Part shown: in pieces, positions 1 through 12,333 of the stretch
Position numbering within the stretch: position 1 is the stretch's first letter
How the letters are laid out: each line of letters opens with the position of its first letter
Source: Lingula anatina
Lineage: Eukaryota > Animalia > Brachiopoda
NCBI GenBank assembly: GCA_051362555.1
Contig: CM120644.1
Coordinates: 18,746,534-18,810,533 of the forward strand
DNA length: 64,000 nt
Direction: 5' to 3'
Made by a program: the position numbers and the translations under genes
Notes under the pieces: generated by a model
Database searches by the model: none
What the model was told of the DNA's origin: nothing
Seen by the model: only the letters and a program-made list of their open reading frames with translations

Positions 1-43
1 GGGGGCCAATTTACCCCGGGGTCCAACTAGCCCCGGTCTCCCC
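1..43. mobile_element. Terminal fragment of a pogo/Tigger-like (Tc1/mariner) element
   Basis: Reverse complement reads GGGGAGACCGGGGCTAGTTGGACCCCGGGGTAAATTGGCCCCC, with TA at 44-45. This resembles pogo-type TIRs; the other end is outside the window. Confidence 0.35.
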
Positions 44-1234
44 TACTTGCCAAATAGGCCTATGTTTTTCTCAAAATTTGCATCGTCGCAATTGAATGGA
101 AAGCGCACCAGCTTTTACACATTTTAACGTTTTTTAATGATTCCCTCTTCTAAGGGGATTCCTTAAACAAAAACTGTCACGGTGTGGACCGCCTTTGATC
201 CCATCTAACATTATAGGTGAAGCCAAACTACCGGGGTAGATCTCAGCATAAAACATAGTAAAAACAATCTATCTAGGAACGTCTGTCCCGCCCACTAAAA
301 GCTGTAAGGGAGTACAGTAGGCCTAGGCTAATTAACTTCCGTGCGCGCTCGGATAACAGCGACTTAGCGTGAACCCCCAGGGAGTTAGGTCGATCCAGAT
401 GGATCGATCTAAACTGTGGGAATGCAGTCTTAGTCTGTATTGAGTTAAAATAAAATATCCCCTAGTGCAGTTCTAAAAGTCTTGAGGCCACATTACGCGC
501 TAACTTTGTGCAACCATTTATTAGTCTATTTTTTCCACTAATAATAAAAATAATCATTTTGCAAATAAAGATGATCATTCAGTTTATCCAACACAAATGC
601 TGTACAGTCTGTGTAGATTGCAGCAGATTGCAGTAGGGAGCAGACGATGGCGTGCAGCGCGGGAACGAAAATGAAATGAAATATCTGCACAGGTGCAGTG
701 TCAGGCGGTGCTCATTTATGGCACCTTGCATTTTGTTGTGAAATCAAGAAATTTTCTAAAACTCATAAATACCTGATAAGTTATTGAGATATGAAAAACT
801 CCGTGCTACAGAATGGTTTTAATCCCTGTGCAAAGTGAAATAACAGTGGAGAAATAAATAAAAATAAGATACCTAAGCGGTGGATGACGTCATCAATGAC
901 ACGACCCACTCGTAGTGTGTCAAGTAAAATGGCGTCCGTGTTAAAAGCACACAATCCGTCGACCTGTATTTATTTGACCGATCATCAATGAAAAAGATGA
1001 TAGGACAGCAAGTAACTGAATCAAGACTGAAAAACAAAGTATCAGGTAAGTTTCTATCATAAATACAAGTATACAGCGTTTCAGGCTCAGCGTTGGGACC
1101 CAGACTTGGGGCCGTAGCAATAGAGCGAACTAATTATGACGTCATCATTTTTCCCGCGTGTCCTAGCGTCGCCATATTGGTAGTCGGAAGCAACATAGCG
1201 GTAGCACCGGTCGATTTTCACTATTTGCTTTAAA

Positions 1235-3074
1235 ATGCCGACGATGTGTGCCGTATATGGCTGTTCAAACAAACATGGTGCTAACAAGGAAAACAACAGG
1301 TCATACTATAGGCTGCCAAAAGTCATTGCCAATCAAGGGGACAGGACAAAAGAACTCTCACTTGCGAGACGTGTAAAATGGCTTGCGAATATTGGGAGAG
1401 CAGATATCAAGGAATCAAGCTACAAACACGTTCGTGTTTGTTCGGATCACTTTATGGGTAAGTTATATGTGAAGCAATGTAGTTATGTTTATATTTGATC
1501 GTTTCTTTTAAGTATTTTGTGTGATATGTACTTGCTGTTTCAAGTATAATTGACAAGTGCATAGTACGCCATTTTTGCTTTTTATTTCCGCATGCAGATC
1601 AATTTTGCATTGATTAATAGCCTTAATTGGAAATAATCATGGTGAAAATTGATTATTGCTTGTAATTACCAGTAAAAAAATCAGAAAACAAAAATCATTT
1701 CACGTTTTCAGTACACAAATATTCTTTCATGGGTTCAGTATATGACATATGTATTATCTTTTTTCACATAGATATTTTTGTCTTCTAGATAAACCAGCTG
1801 CATTGTATGACCATCTGAATCCTGACTGGGCTCCAACCGTTAACATGGGTAGAACTTCTCCAAGTGACAGCATGCTATCTGGGTCTGCCTCTGACAGATA
1901 CACTCGGTCAGTCCAGAGATCTGTGAAGCGGAAGAGGCAAGATGCAGCCGAAACATTACTGTCATTGCAAAGTGCCCCTGAGCTTGACACACCAGAAGAC
2001 CCACAAGAAGACCCGCAAGAAGACCTTCATGAAGACCCCTTGCCAGCTGAGACGGGAACAGCTTGTCAAACAGATGATGACATGAAGTTATATGATGCCA
2101 AAGATGCTGAAATATATAGACTGCGAAAAGAAAACGAAGAACTGAAACAAATTAATGAGAAACGTACATTCGACATGGCTTTTTTTGAAAATGATGATGT
2201 GTTGGTTAGATATTACACTGGGCTGCAAAATTACCATATTCTCAAGTGTTTATTTGATTACGTTGAACCAGATATTATTATTCAACGCAAAAGTATACTA
2301 AACAAATTTCAGCAGTTGATCTTGGTGCTCATGAAGTTGAGATTAAATCTGGGCAACAAAGACTTGGCTGTAAGATTTGGCATATCTGATTCAACAGGTT
2401 CTAGAATATTTCAGAATGTCTTGAGTGTTTTGTATGCTTGTTCACTGCCTCTCATTTATTGGCCAGAAAGAGAGCAACTTCAAAAAACAATGCCCATGAG
2501 TTTTCGTGAACATTTTGACACTAAAGTTGCTGTTATTGTAGATTGCTTTGAAATTCCAATGGAATGTCCATCCAATCTTAAAGCCAGAAATGAGACCTGG
2601 TCTGCTTATAAACACAGCAATACAGCAAAGTTTTTGATAGGTATCACTCCGCAGGGTGTTGTCAGCTTTATATCAGATGGCTATGGAGGCAGGGCTAGTG
2701 ATAAGCACATAACAGAAACTTGTGGTTTACTCAATAAACTTTTGCCTGGTGATGTAGTCTTAGCAGATCGGGGGTTTGATATACAGGATAGTGTGGGTAG
2801 CATGTGTGCAAAATTGTACATTCCCGCCTTTACCAAGGGCAAACCACAGTTAGGAGCACACGATGTTGAGCAAACAAGGAGAATAGCAAATAGTAGAATT
2901 CATGTTGAACGTGTCATAGGAGTTGTTCGTCAGAAGTATACTATATTACAATCAAGGTTACCTATTGATTATTTTTCAGCAACAAAGAATGATGCTGTTC
3001 TTACAATTGACAAAATAGTTGTAGTCTGCTGTGCACTAACAAATCTATGTGATTCTGTTGTACCATTTGATTAA
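1235..3074 (+). CDS. THAP domain + HTH + DDE_Tnp_4 (Harbinger/IS5-like) transposase, 2 exons (1235-1457, 1789-3074), about 502 aa
   Basis: THAP motif CAVYGC..YYRLPK..W..CSDHF. A phase-1 intron (GTAAGT 1458 ... TTCTAG 1788) joins it in frame to DKP..NPDWAPT. Catalytic motifs IVDCFEI, LADRGF and RIHVERVIG are present, with no stops. Confidence 0.88.
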
Positions 3075-4063
3075 AAGAAATTGTAAGGAACTTAAAATAT
3101 TGTTAATTTTAAGAAAGCATATATAGTGTTATTCATTTTTGTAATCTCAAATTGATATACAATCGAAAGTCATTTTGCAGCACTTTAGAATTATGTGAAA
3201 ATCATTGGATGTATTTGCATCCGCTACTCAAATGTTTAAACTTGGGTATGTGTCATGAGATCAAATAAAATTTGTGAACAACATATTTCTATTCATTCAT
3301 TCATTTATTACCATCATCATTTTAATATTTCTTTTTGCAGACACCTGGGTATTGCAGAACATAAATACATAATGGGATTGTACATACTGCACTTATTACA
3401 GAAATGGCAAATTAAATTTTATTATTCCCTTGAGCATCAGTGGAGATGTTGGTATATACCCATTTCTCATTAAATTTTACATATAACTTCATAAAACTTA
3501 AAATTAAACAGTTCAGCTGTATATAAGACAAGTAACATGGCAAATCAATCATAAAATCTACAGGAAGGGCTCGAGTCTGACACTATGGCAAGCAGTAATA
3601 AAAAAAATGTAGCAGTCCCAGCACCAAAATTACAACTTAACGAACTAAAGCAAATACCTTTCTTACAAATGTAAAAGGACAGGAAAATGCAAAATTCCGA
3701 TATAAAGTTTGTACAAAATCACAACATCATTCTAGGTACTACTATGACTAATAAAAAATATACACATAAAAAAATTCAGTTTAAATTCCTGAGCATTAAC
3801 ACATTTATGCACAATATCACATCCATGAACTGGAAATACAAAAAAAAAAAAAAAAAGTGTAAGTACTAAATGCAATTGCACATACAAGTTCACATTTTGA
3901 CCAATTCCTCACATTTAAGCAAAATGACACTAAGCACAGAAAAAAAAATCACACTGGTAAGTATAATCACATTTCCATGGTACAGAATATGATTTCACAT
4001 GTAATGAAAGTTCCCATTCTTGAGTCAAGACACATCTATGCACAAGTACCACCAAGTATAAAG

Positions 4064-4363
4064 CTATCTAATCTGTGCAAAACCACAATTATACAATCTG
4101 AGTAATACTTGGACTAGTAAAAAAAAGCAAACAAAATTCAGTTCAAATTCTTGAGCGTCTGTTGACCATGTGGTAGTTTCATATGGGTCTTTACCGTCTA
4201 TAATGCCCAACTTGTCCTCATACCTCTTCCTTTCTGGTGCAGGTAGACTTAACTTATAACTGTGAAAGTTGTTTTCCTGATTTGAAACGGCGTTTGTCTT
4301 CGTATCTTTCACCCTAACTCTCCTCATGTTAATCGTGCTCGACGCCATTTTCCGGTCTACCAA
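4064..4363 (-). pseudogene. 5' remnant of the ISL2EU second ORF (normally a YqaJ-like exonuclease protein)
   Basis: YKLSLPAPERKRYEDKLGIIDGKDPYE...WSTD resembles the N-terminus of ISL2EU partner proteins as I recall them. Similarity ends after about 70 aa. Confidence 0.6.
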
Positions 4364-4718
4364 TATGGCGCGAGCCCAAAACGAGGCCGCCTAGAGAGAT
4401 CGCTCTATAGTCCGAAGGTTCAATAGTCCGAAGGTTCATTGGTCCGAATATTCACTATAGAACCTTCGGACCAATGAACCCTTGATTAAAAAATCGATGA
4501 AAATGTTACCAATTTTCGGACCAATGAACCTTCGGACCAATGAACCTTCGGACTAGCGAGACGCCCCCCCCCCCCCCCCCCCCCCCCAGACTTTACGAAA
4601 AAAAAAAATCTGTCAGGCATTCGGTCTGACAGGCCTGAAAATTCTGTCAGACCGAAACATAATCTGTCAGGCCTAAGTCAAATAACAGTAATACGACAAA
4701 TAATTAATGTTTTCAGGT

Positions 4719-4989
4719 AAAATTACCTTAGGGTTAGCCAACGAAAACGCGACAAGTTATTGACTACGGGTGTATTGTACAGTAGATTCTCGCAGTCGCA
4801 TTGTATTTGAATGGGCTGTATTAAACGTGATTAAAACTAATAAAAAGACCGCAGGTAATTAAAAAAGCATTTTATTTCAACAGCTTTGACATAGTGAACA
4901 AGAAAATGTAAAAAACTGTTTGAAAAGTGAAAGTTACAGAAAGTTACGGGGGGGGGGGGGGGGGGGGGGGGTTATACTACAAAAGTACC
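4719..4989. mobile_element. One arm of the Merlin-like MITE family also found at 38986-39512
   Basis: Highly similar to 39278-39512 and ends in TACTACAAAAGTACC. It truncates the hAT ORF at 4990. Confidence 0.7.
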
Positions 4990-5910
4990 AGATTTTCCCA
5001 CCAAAACGATACATGATTTTTTATAAGAACATTGAAGTATACATGAGCGAATTGATTAGGTAATTGTAATATGTAAAGCTTGCCATCTTTTACAGTTATG
5101 TTGGTCTCAAACTTAGTCCACGGACGCCCAGCTTTAACAGCTCTGATATAAAATATAAAATTTTTGTGAACTGTTACATTTTGTGTCTCATCAATGGTTA
5201 TACTGAAAAAGCTGCTTTGATCTAAGATTGTCCTGGTCTCTTCCTGGATAACTGAAGACAGGGCTTTTTCCATGTCCCCAAGACTGGTTGAGTGGCGGTA
5301 CACCTTTGTCTTTGATAATGCATGGCATCAATTGGCAATCTGAAAGGAAGTAAAATTCTCTTATAATCTAACAGCTATTATTCATCATTCTTCAGCAATC
5401 AGTGTCTGACAAGCAAACAAATTGAATAATATTATTCAAAACTCTTAGTGACTAGAATAATTTTAAGTCCTCATTTTTTTTAATACCTGTATTTTTAAAT
5501 AAAGAACTCAGTAACAATTAATTTATCAAGTTATATAGAGGCCAAATGACATTGCAGTTTATTGAAAAATAGACTGGTGACATTTCTAATGACTAATATA
5601 CACTTTAGTTCACATTTTATTGAATTTTTTTTTGTGTACCTGGAGACTAATCAGATCATCATATTGATTGGTTGGTATCTCTACCTTGGCCAAACAGTAA
5701 ACTGTCCTAATCTGACATAATAAGCCATCATCTTGTTCTGCCTCTACTTTCTTCATGTGGCAACCCATCGCAGCGCGAGGGCCCACTGCTGCCTGAGCCT
5801 GGTGGTGATCACTGCTTTGGCCATGCCTTATTAATACTAATGTGGACTTTCGGTAGTTCTTGCAGCCAACAGTCATTGGATTTGTCTTTCCAGCATTTTG
5901 GTATAAGGTA
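4990..5910 (-). pseudogene. Decayed ZNF862/C17orf113-like hAT transposase exons (outermost element of the nest)
   Basis: NPMTVGCKNYRKSTL..RHGQSSDH (TTF-like zinc finger), IRTVYCLAK.EIP, and FSITIDETQNVT..FIFYIR (first catalytic D region). Confidence 0.7.
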
Positions 5911-7436
5911 CATACATATGTACAAAAAATTATTTAAAATGATTTATTTGTATTAAGTAATAAATAAATATCTGCATGTATACTGCATGTCCATTTGTCA
6001 ATAGCCTAGCCTTAGGGAAATCTCACTATTATTATCTGATAGATATTTTGTTTGTTGTCTAGTCAAACTGTCACTTCATCAGGGAAATGAGGGCTATTAT
6101 GAATTTTATCTAAGCTAAATACAAACAGCACATCTTTCTAACCTGCAATAACTTTTCAGGGCCATTCCGTGGTATTTTTTTGCTGTTACGGAAGGACATT
6201 TGACACTTCAAATGAAAATATTTTCAAAAGTAAAAAAGTGACAAGGTCCATTTTTTGTATGTTTATTCTTCTATATGTAAGTTATAATTAGGCAAAAAAT
6301 TAGGTTTAAAAAAATTATAGTTATGAAAAAATTATAATAAATAGTTAGCATCTCGGAAGGACGTGAAATGGACATGGAATTTTAACTTTCAACTTCAACA
6401 CTAAAATTCTGCTCTGTCTGTGTATAAATTTTTAAAGTCAAATCAAAATATGAATATTTCACTTTCTCAGTGTATAAAAAATGTTTTTGGAAAAAAAATA
6501 ATAAATTTGAAAATTTTGCATATAAAAAAATCAAGTAGGCGTCATGGAAGGACACATCTTGGAAGGACGTTTTGTCCATTGCTAAATAAAATGTAAAAAA
6601 AGGCTAATAAAAATATTTAATGAATACATACCAGCATAAGTTAAATGAATATTATCAAAGGTAAACATGTCCTTCTATGGTAATGTATTTCATCTTCAAA
6701 CATGTTACTAATTTTGACTATAATATAAGTTCTCATCTGCTCTGATCATCTTTAAATAATATTGAGACATTTTTAGAGAAAATCTTACCAAATCTATTAA
6801 TTATAAATATAAACAATTGTCTAAATTATAATAACTTCAAAATTATTCATTCAAATGAAATGTTTCTCAGTTTAAAAATGCTTATATATATAATAATAAT
6901 TGTGAATTTAAGTTCAAGATTATCTTGAAAGACATAAGGGTTTAGGGCTCATTGGTCACATGACCTGTTATGGTCCAATCAAAATGCCTCATTCGTGCTT
7001 CCACTGTGCTAGGTGTCATGTTTAATGCTTATATATTTGGATTTAATTTCTTATTGAAGTGGTTCTAAGCAAAAATGTTTTCATATTTTGTTGGCCCCTA
7101 TCATGGTTTAGGAGAATATGAAGTTATAAGTTTTTAGCTTTTGTAGTTACTGAGAAAACTTAAAAAATAGGTACCAAAATCATCTTGGAAGGACAAATTG
7201 ATATTAATTAATCCATTATTTTATAATCAAATATTTTTTAATCTAATGCACTTGACTAAATGTAAGAAATAAGTTATATTTAATGTACAGGGTTCTGCCA
7301 AGGTCTCAAAAAAGGGGGGAGAATTCTCCCCTCTGAGCTTAAAAGTTGGGGAGATTTTGAGAAATAGTGGGAGATCAGGAAAAATTATATTTTACGTAAA
7401 AACATAAACTGCTAGTCTGTACTGGTATTTTATTAA

Positions 7437-10400
7437 GTGTGTGTCCACGAGAAAACCAGACCAAATGTAGAAAATGCGGCAAGGTGGGGGTGAACGGATT
7501 TACATCATATTTTTTGTGTTTGAACCTTTATATGAACAATATCTGAGGCTGCAATAATTCCTGAAAAAAATCCCTACTTATAGAGATATGGCCAGTGATA
7601 ATTTGGGGGTAGTATTAACCAAAAATTCTTCTGAAAAACAGGGTTATATTGATTGGCCTTAAAGTTTATACAGGTGTCACTGAATGATTTAGTTTGGTGA
7701 TATATTATAACCTTAAGATAGGGGATTAAAATGATATACACTTTTTTCACTCTATTTGTTTCCATGGTAACAAACCAAGCGTTTTTCTCCGGCCTACAAA
7801 CCACATGCTTTTAACACCCCCCCCTTCTATTTTTGACAATATCTTCATCTTCACAGGTCTTTGGGGTAAAGCGTGTTCAGGACTAACAGATAACTCATTA
7901 ATCTATTTATACATGAAATCAAAACTTACTGCTGTTCTACAACTTGTCCGTTGTAACAGATAGAACATGACCTAATTTCTTCATTTTTCGTCAATCTATC
8001 CTGACATGTATATCGGTGCACTCAACTTCAGCTATCTCTTTCAAGTCAACAAATGGTTTAAAACACTGTTAGTTGAACTTTTTATTTTCATTTTACCTAT
8101 TTATATTTTTTTCTGGTTAAAACAAGCATCTAACACATTTTAAAACCATGTGAAACTAATGTACTAACGTCAGAACAACACAACGTCATTATCCAACATG
8201 GCGGAAATCGCAGATTGTTTGTTTGCAAATCTTCCTCAACGAAGTCGTATATCATGTGGTTTATACTCTGTGTACAGATATAAAAAAGCATGTAGTGTAT
8301 TGAAAAATTGCAACAAAGATATTAACAGTCATCTTCGTCGCGTTTACGTGGAGCAAAACAGCGTGAGTTACGAAAGCAAACTGATTCTTGTCAGGTGTGG
8401 ATTCTTTTGTCTCCGATGATCGCAATTGGACATTTCCAAGTATCTTTGGGAGAATGAATGGGTTACACCATGTGACCAGCATTGGGATATGGGCTTGGTT
8501 TGTGCTGGAAACCATCCACACAGGGAAAAACGAGCCTATAACGAAATATGTCACGGGATTAACTTGCAGATGTCAGTGTAGACAAAAAGCCATTTGAATC
8601 TACTGGTGCCACTTGGTTCAGGTAAGAAACCGTTTTTTTTGTATTTTAATACAGACTAAAAGCCAGAAAAAAAAGTTCACTCAGAAAAATGATCTAGGTG
8701 TAATTTTTTTAATGGTAAACGGTCCATTTTTAAAAAAAGAAAAATGCCCCCTTTCAAATAATGAAATTGCAGCCTAAGGATCTGTGATAATTTTCTTTTA
8801 AGCTATCTTTGTGTGGGTATTTATGTAGGTTAAATGTATTTGGGTAAAATAAATTTAAGGGTAACAATTGGAATTAGATTGAAGCTATGGCTGGTCTTGG
8901 CAAAATTGCTAGGCTCCTCATAATTAATATTCGAAACCATGCCTTACTTATAAAACATGGACAAATGGGATAATAATTTATTTTTCATCAATGTATCAAT
9001 TAACTTTCAGATAAGTGTTTTTATGTGTCTATAGTAAGCTATATTTATATTTCAGGCATATTTGAGAAGTGTTATTTGACACACAGTGATCTTATGGTCA
9101 GCAAGAGTCCAAAGCCTTGCAGAAACTGAAACTAGTGTGGAAATGAGGGCTGTTGTAGAAAGGCATATGTGTAAATGAAAGCCACAATATAACAAATGCC
9201 GAGGAGATGCATGAGGCCCTAGTTTCTGCAGTTGGAGCCATTTTCTACATCCAGCTAGACAGACAGACTTGATTCCTAAAACATGAGAAAAGGTGTCTCC
9301 CTTCCTTGAGCAGTTTTAACATGAGTGATACTGATGTTAAAGTTAATTTGGATTTTTCTGAGGCAAATGTGCAACTGGAACCATACCAAGCAAGGTCACA
9401 AACAAGGAAATTTTTCTTGTCCAGAGCAGTCTTCTCTGAAATCTTTTGCTACCAAGACTGAAGAGTAATTGTAAGGTCCTTTTTTTAGACCACAGTTATG
9501 AAATGTGCCAAAAAACAGCTTTTGATCAAATTAAAGTCTAGTGGGCCAACAATCTGACTAAAGAAAAACTTAAAGCACATCAGCTGTGAGAGAACTCCAC
9601 CCTCTTGAATATCTCACTGAGTTACACAATGGATGAGCTTTAAAGTCATCTAAACCTTTGAAACTATATTCAAATAAAGTAAAGGAGTTTTACTGAATGA
9701 GTTTAGAAGGGCACAAGAAACAGGCCAGCAGAACCTGGCATTTGTGAGCATGAAGATGAGATTGAAATGTTTCAGGAAGAAAAATGTATTAAAAACTTTG
9801 ATGTTATGAGCTGTAATGTTTGATATAAAACTGCAAAGATGTTTCATAACACCAGGATATATTTTGCAGTTGTGTTAGTTTTGCTTTTTGAATAGAAAAT
9901 TATCTTGTTTTGCTACATTATGATATAGTTTGTAATGATCACAACTAATGTTGCACTGCTTTGCATGTATTGCTGTATTATAATTTTGTGATTTTTTTAT
10001 TATTTGTAATTATTCATCTGAGACAACAATAAACTGAATTGAATAATTTTTTAGTTACTGTATGCTCATAAATAGTCACCAAAAAGTGGTGTGGATGATT
10101 AAAAAAACCTTTTGATAATTAAAAAAGATTTGTTCTGGCTTTGCTCCCATAAATACTATGGCATATCCTGATCTCTATATGATAAATATTGCACCAAAAA
10201 GAAATCGCTACTAAACTAAGATTTTAATTTGTATTCACCAAATTGATGATATTAAAAAATATATATATTAAAATTATCATATAAACTCTCAAGTTAATTG
10301 CCAGTGCCTATCCAAAGTAACAGAATCTAAGGTTTATTTCCTCTAAACTTTTTGTCCATACAAATTAAAAAGTCCATATATGGCAATTTACAAATATGAA

Positions 10401-11122
10401 GCCCAGTGACCTTGATCTATGACCCACTGACCTGATATTCATTTGTACACATCCACTTTCCGTGCTCACCAGCCCTATTGATTTAGTAACATCATTGTAG
10501 AGCAAAATGGTTTAATAAATTAATCAAACCCATTGTCTACATAGACTTGAATGAATCCACCATGATTTTTTGCCATAAAAATGGCCAACTTTGGGGGTAT
10601 TTTTCAGTACCTGTTTTTATACAGCAGTAACTTTTGAAACTTGATTTGGAGTGATCCATATCTGCCTAAAATATTCATGCAGTTTTATAGCTGTAAACCC
10701 TGTGAAGATGGAGATATATGCAATTAAAGATGGTAGTATCAAAATTGGACTTTGGGGGGGAGGGGTGTTAAAAATGGGTGTGGCTCGCCCAAGCAGGGTC
10801 TTATCTGAATTCTACATATATCTGTGGCAAGCCAAATGATTGTTTTCAATGTTTGTAAGGTCTTATATTTTTATGGTTTTCTCCATTTTTGTTTAATTTA
10901 CACAAAATATATCATTATTTTTCCAAGGTAAAAATGGAGTCTCAAAGAGGCTACATAAGCCATGACTTATAATAGGCTAATAATTCTCTGAAGAAAGGAT
11001 ATTTTTGGGATTCCTTCCTAACTCATGAATAACTTCCTAATATGCCTCCATACAACAAATTTGGTTGAAATCCGCTGACCCCCACCTTGCCACCCTGGGC
11101 TGGTTCTCTCGTGGACAAGCTC
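7437..11122 (+). mobile_element. Sola3 DNA transposon (decayed)
   Basis: TTAA at 7433-7436 and 11123-11126. Right end ...GTGGACAAGCTC (GAG..CTC-type terminus). Imperfect inverted repeats TGTCCACGAG..GGCAAGGTGGGGGT..CGGATTT. Confidence 0.75.
8198..9850 (+). pseudogene. Fragmented Sola3 transposase
   Basis: N-terminal LKNCNKDINSHL...ESKLILVRCG and, at about 9170-9240, VNESHNITNAEEMHEALVSAVG. Both resemble Sola3 transposase segments; many stops and frameshifts. Confidence 0.6.
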
Positions 11123-11303
11123 TTAAAGTTCACAAACTGAACTGATTCAACTTTGAAAGTAACTTTACATAGGCTGTATGTATATACAGTTGCAAATGAT
11201 TTTTTTATAAAGCATCTGCCTCATTATCATAGCGGAGCCAAGAATAATCTCTTAACCAATCGTGTTGCAATTTCTGTGGCACTACTTTCGGTTTCTTTCT
11301 TGC

Positions 11304-12113
11304 AGGCCCTTCGTTGGTATTTGGTCTGCAGACCTAAAATTAAAGAAAAGTTAAAATTTTTCCTACTTACAAACTTGTAATGTCTGGAACCAGACACCAC
11401 AATCCAAAAGAATTTTTAGGTTTTGATGATTAATCATGACTTAATTAACACTTTTATCAGGAAAAATTGCATAATAGTGTTTGGGAAGGACATTTTTATC
11501 TTTGATTTATCGTTTTCACAATATTGACTACTTTTTAAAATAAAGGCTAAAGTAAAAAAATATAGGTCACACTTTTGGTTGAGTGCATTCTATGAAAATA
11601 TCCTTGATTAGGAGGCCCTAACTTTTTTTTTAAAATTACTAATTAGTATCCTCACACACATACACAGAGGAATAAACATATCAGAAACAGGCCTCCTTAC
11701 TTCTTCATTAAAGTTAAACATTTCCTTTTTTCAAATTTTTATTCTCACACACACACATATATATACACTATAGAGTGATAGGAATAAACATATCAAAAAC
11801 GGGCCTCCTTACTTTTTTAACTTCTTTTTCATATTATCATACTCACATAGGAGGAATAAACATCAAAAACGGGCCTAAACTTCTTTTTCATATTATCATA
11901 CTCACGTAGGAGGAATAAACATATCAGAAACGGGACCCGTCATTTTTTAACGTTTTTTTTTTTTTTTTTTTTTAAATTTTCATACTCACATATAGAGGAA
12001 TAATCGTATCAAAAATGGGCCTATTACCTTTTTTTTTTTACTTTCTTTCACATTTTCAAACGAAGTGTCAAGTGTCCTTCCAAAACGTAAAATAAAAATG
12101 CCACGGAATGAAC
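11304..12113 (-). mobile_element. Older diverged relative of the Sola2-like element in opposite orientation, with 60-70-bp internal tandem repeats (11655-12030)
   Basis: 11387-11560 is the reverse-complement homologue of 12841-12998, and 11990-12113 of 6159-6290. Degenerate TIRs AGGCCCTTCGTTGGTATTT / ATGCCACGGAATGAAC. Confidence 0.65.
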
Positions 12114-12117
12114 ATAC

Positions 12118-12333
12118 CTTTATCGTCGACGAACTGTCAGTTTCATCTGGAGTCGCAACTTCAGAAATTTGTTTCTTCCTTTTCTCAGACTTGTCAGGCG
12201 GAGAGACGGATTCATCTGAGGGGGGATTAACAGGAGTCTGACCTGATTTTTCACCGCTTGCCGTAGACTTTGGCACGAAGCTTAAAATCGATCTCTGTTT
12301 TTTAACTTCCGCTTTCTGCGAGGAAGCCGCCAT
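12118..12333 (-). pseudogene. First exon of the hAT6-like transposase (remainder deleted)
   Basis: MAASSQKAEVKKQRSILSFVPK (the QxxIxxF-type N-terminus common in hAT transposases), followed by donor AAG|GTATG at 12117. Confidence 0.5.

Larger units (their letters stand above)
1122..4406 (+). mobile_element. ISL2EU-type (PIF/Harbinger-related) DNA transposon
   Basis: Termini AGAGCGAACT...AGATCGCTCT, AT duplication at 1120-1121 and 4407-4408, THAP+DDE transposase on + and a convergent second-ORF remnant on -. Confidence 0.85.
1108..4584. mobile_element. MULE/Rehavkus-like MITE with 16-bp subterminal repeats, split by the ISL2EU insertion
   Basis: Removing 1122-4408 restores GGGGCCGTAGCAATAGTCCGAAGGTTCAATAGTCCGAAGG..., which is inverted at 4515-4567 (...TTCGGACTAGCGAGACGCCCC). 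A 9-bp direct repeat CCCAGACTT lies at 1099-1107 and 4585-4593. Confidence 0.7.

Noticed and set aside
280-432. Short segments shared with 40680-40805, one of them inverted
   Set aside because: A real dispersed repeat, but I could not define boundaries, TIRs or a TSD, so no call was made.
1235-1498. Host THAP-domain gene
   Set aside because: It splices in frame to the DDE transposase and lies within TIRs and a TSD.
4409-4560. CRISPR-like short repeats
   Set aside because: These are 16-bp subterminal repeats arranged as inverted arms of a MITE.
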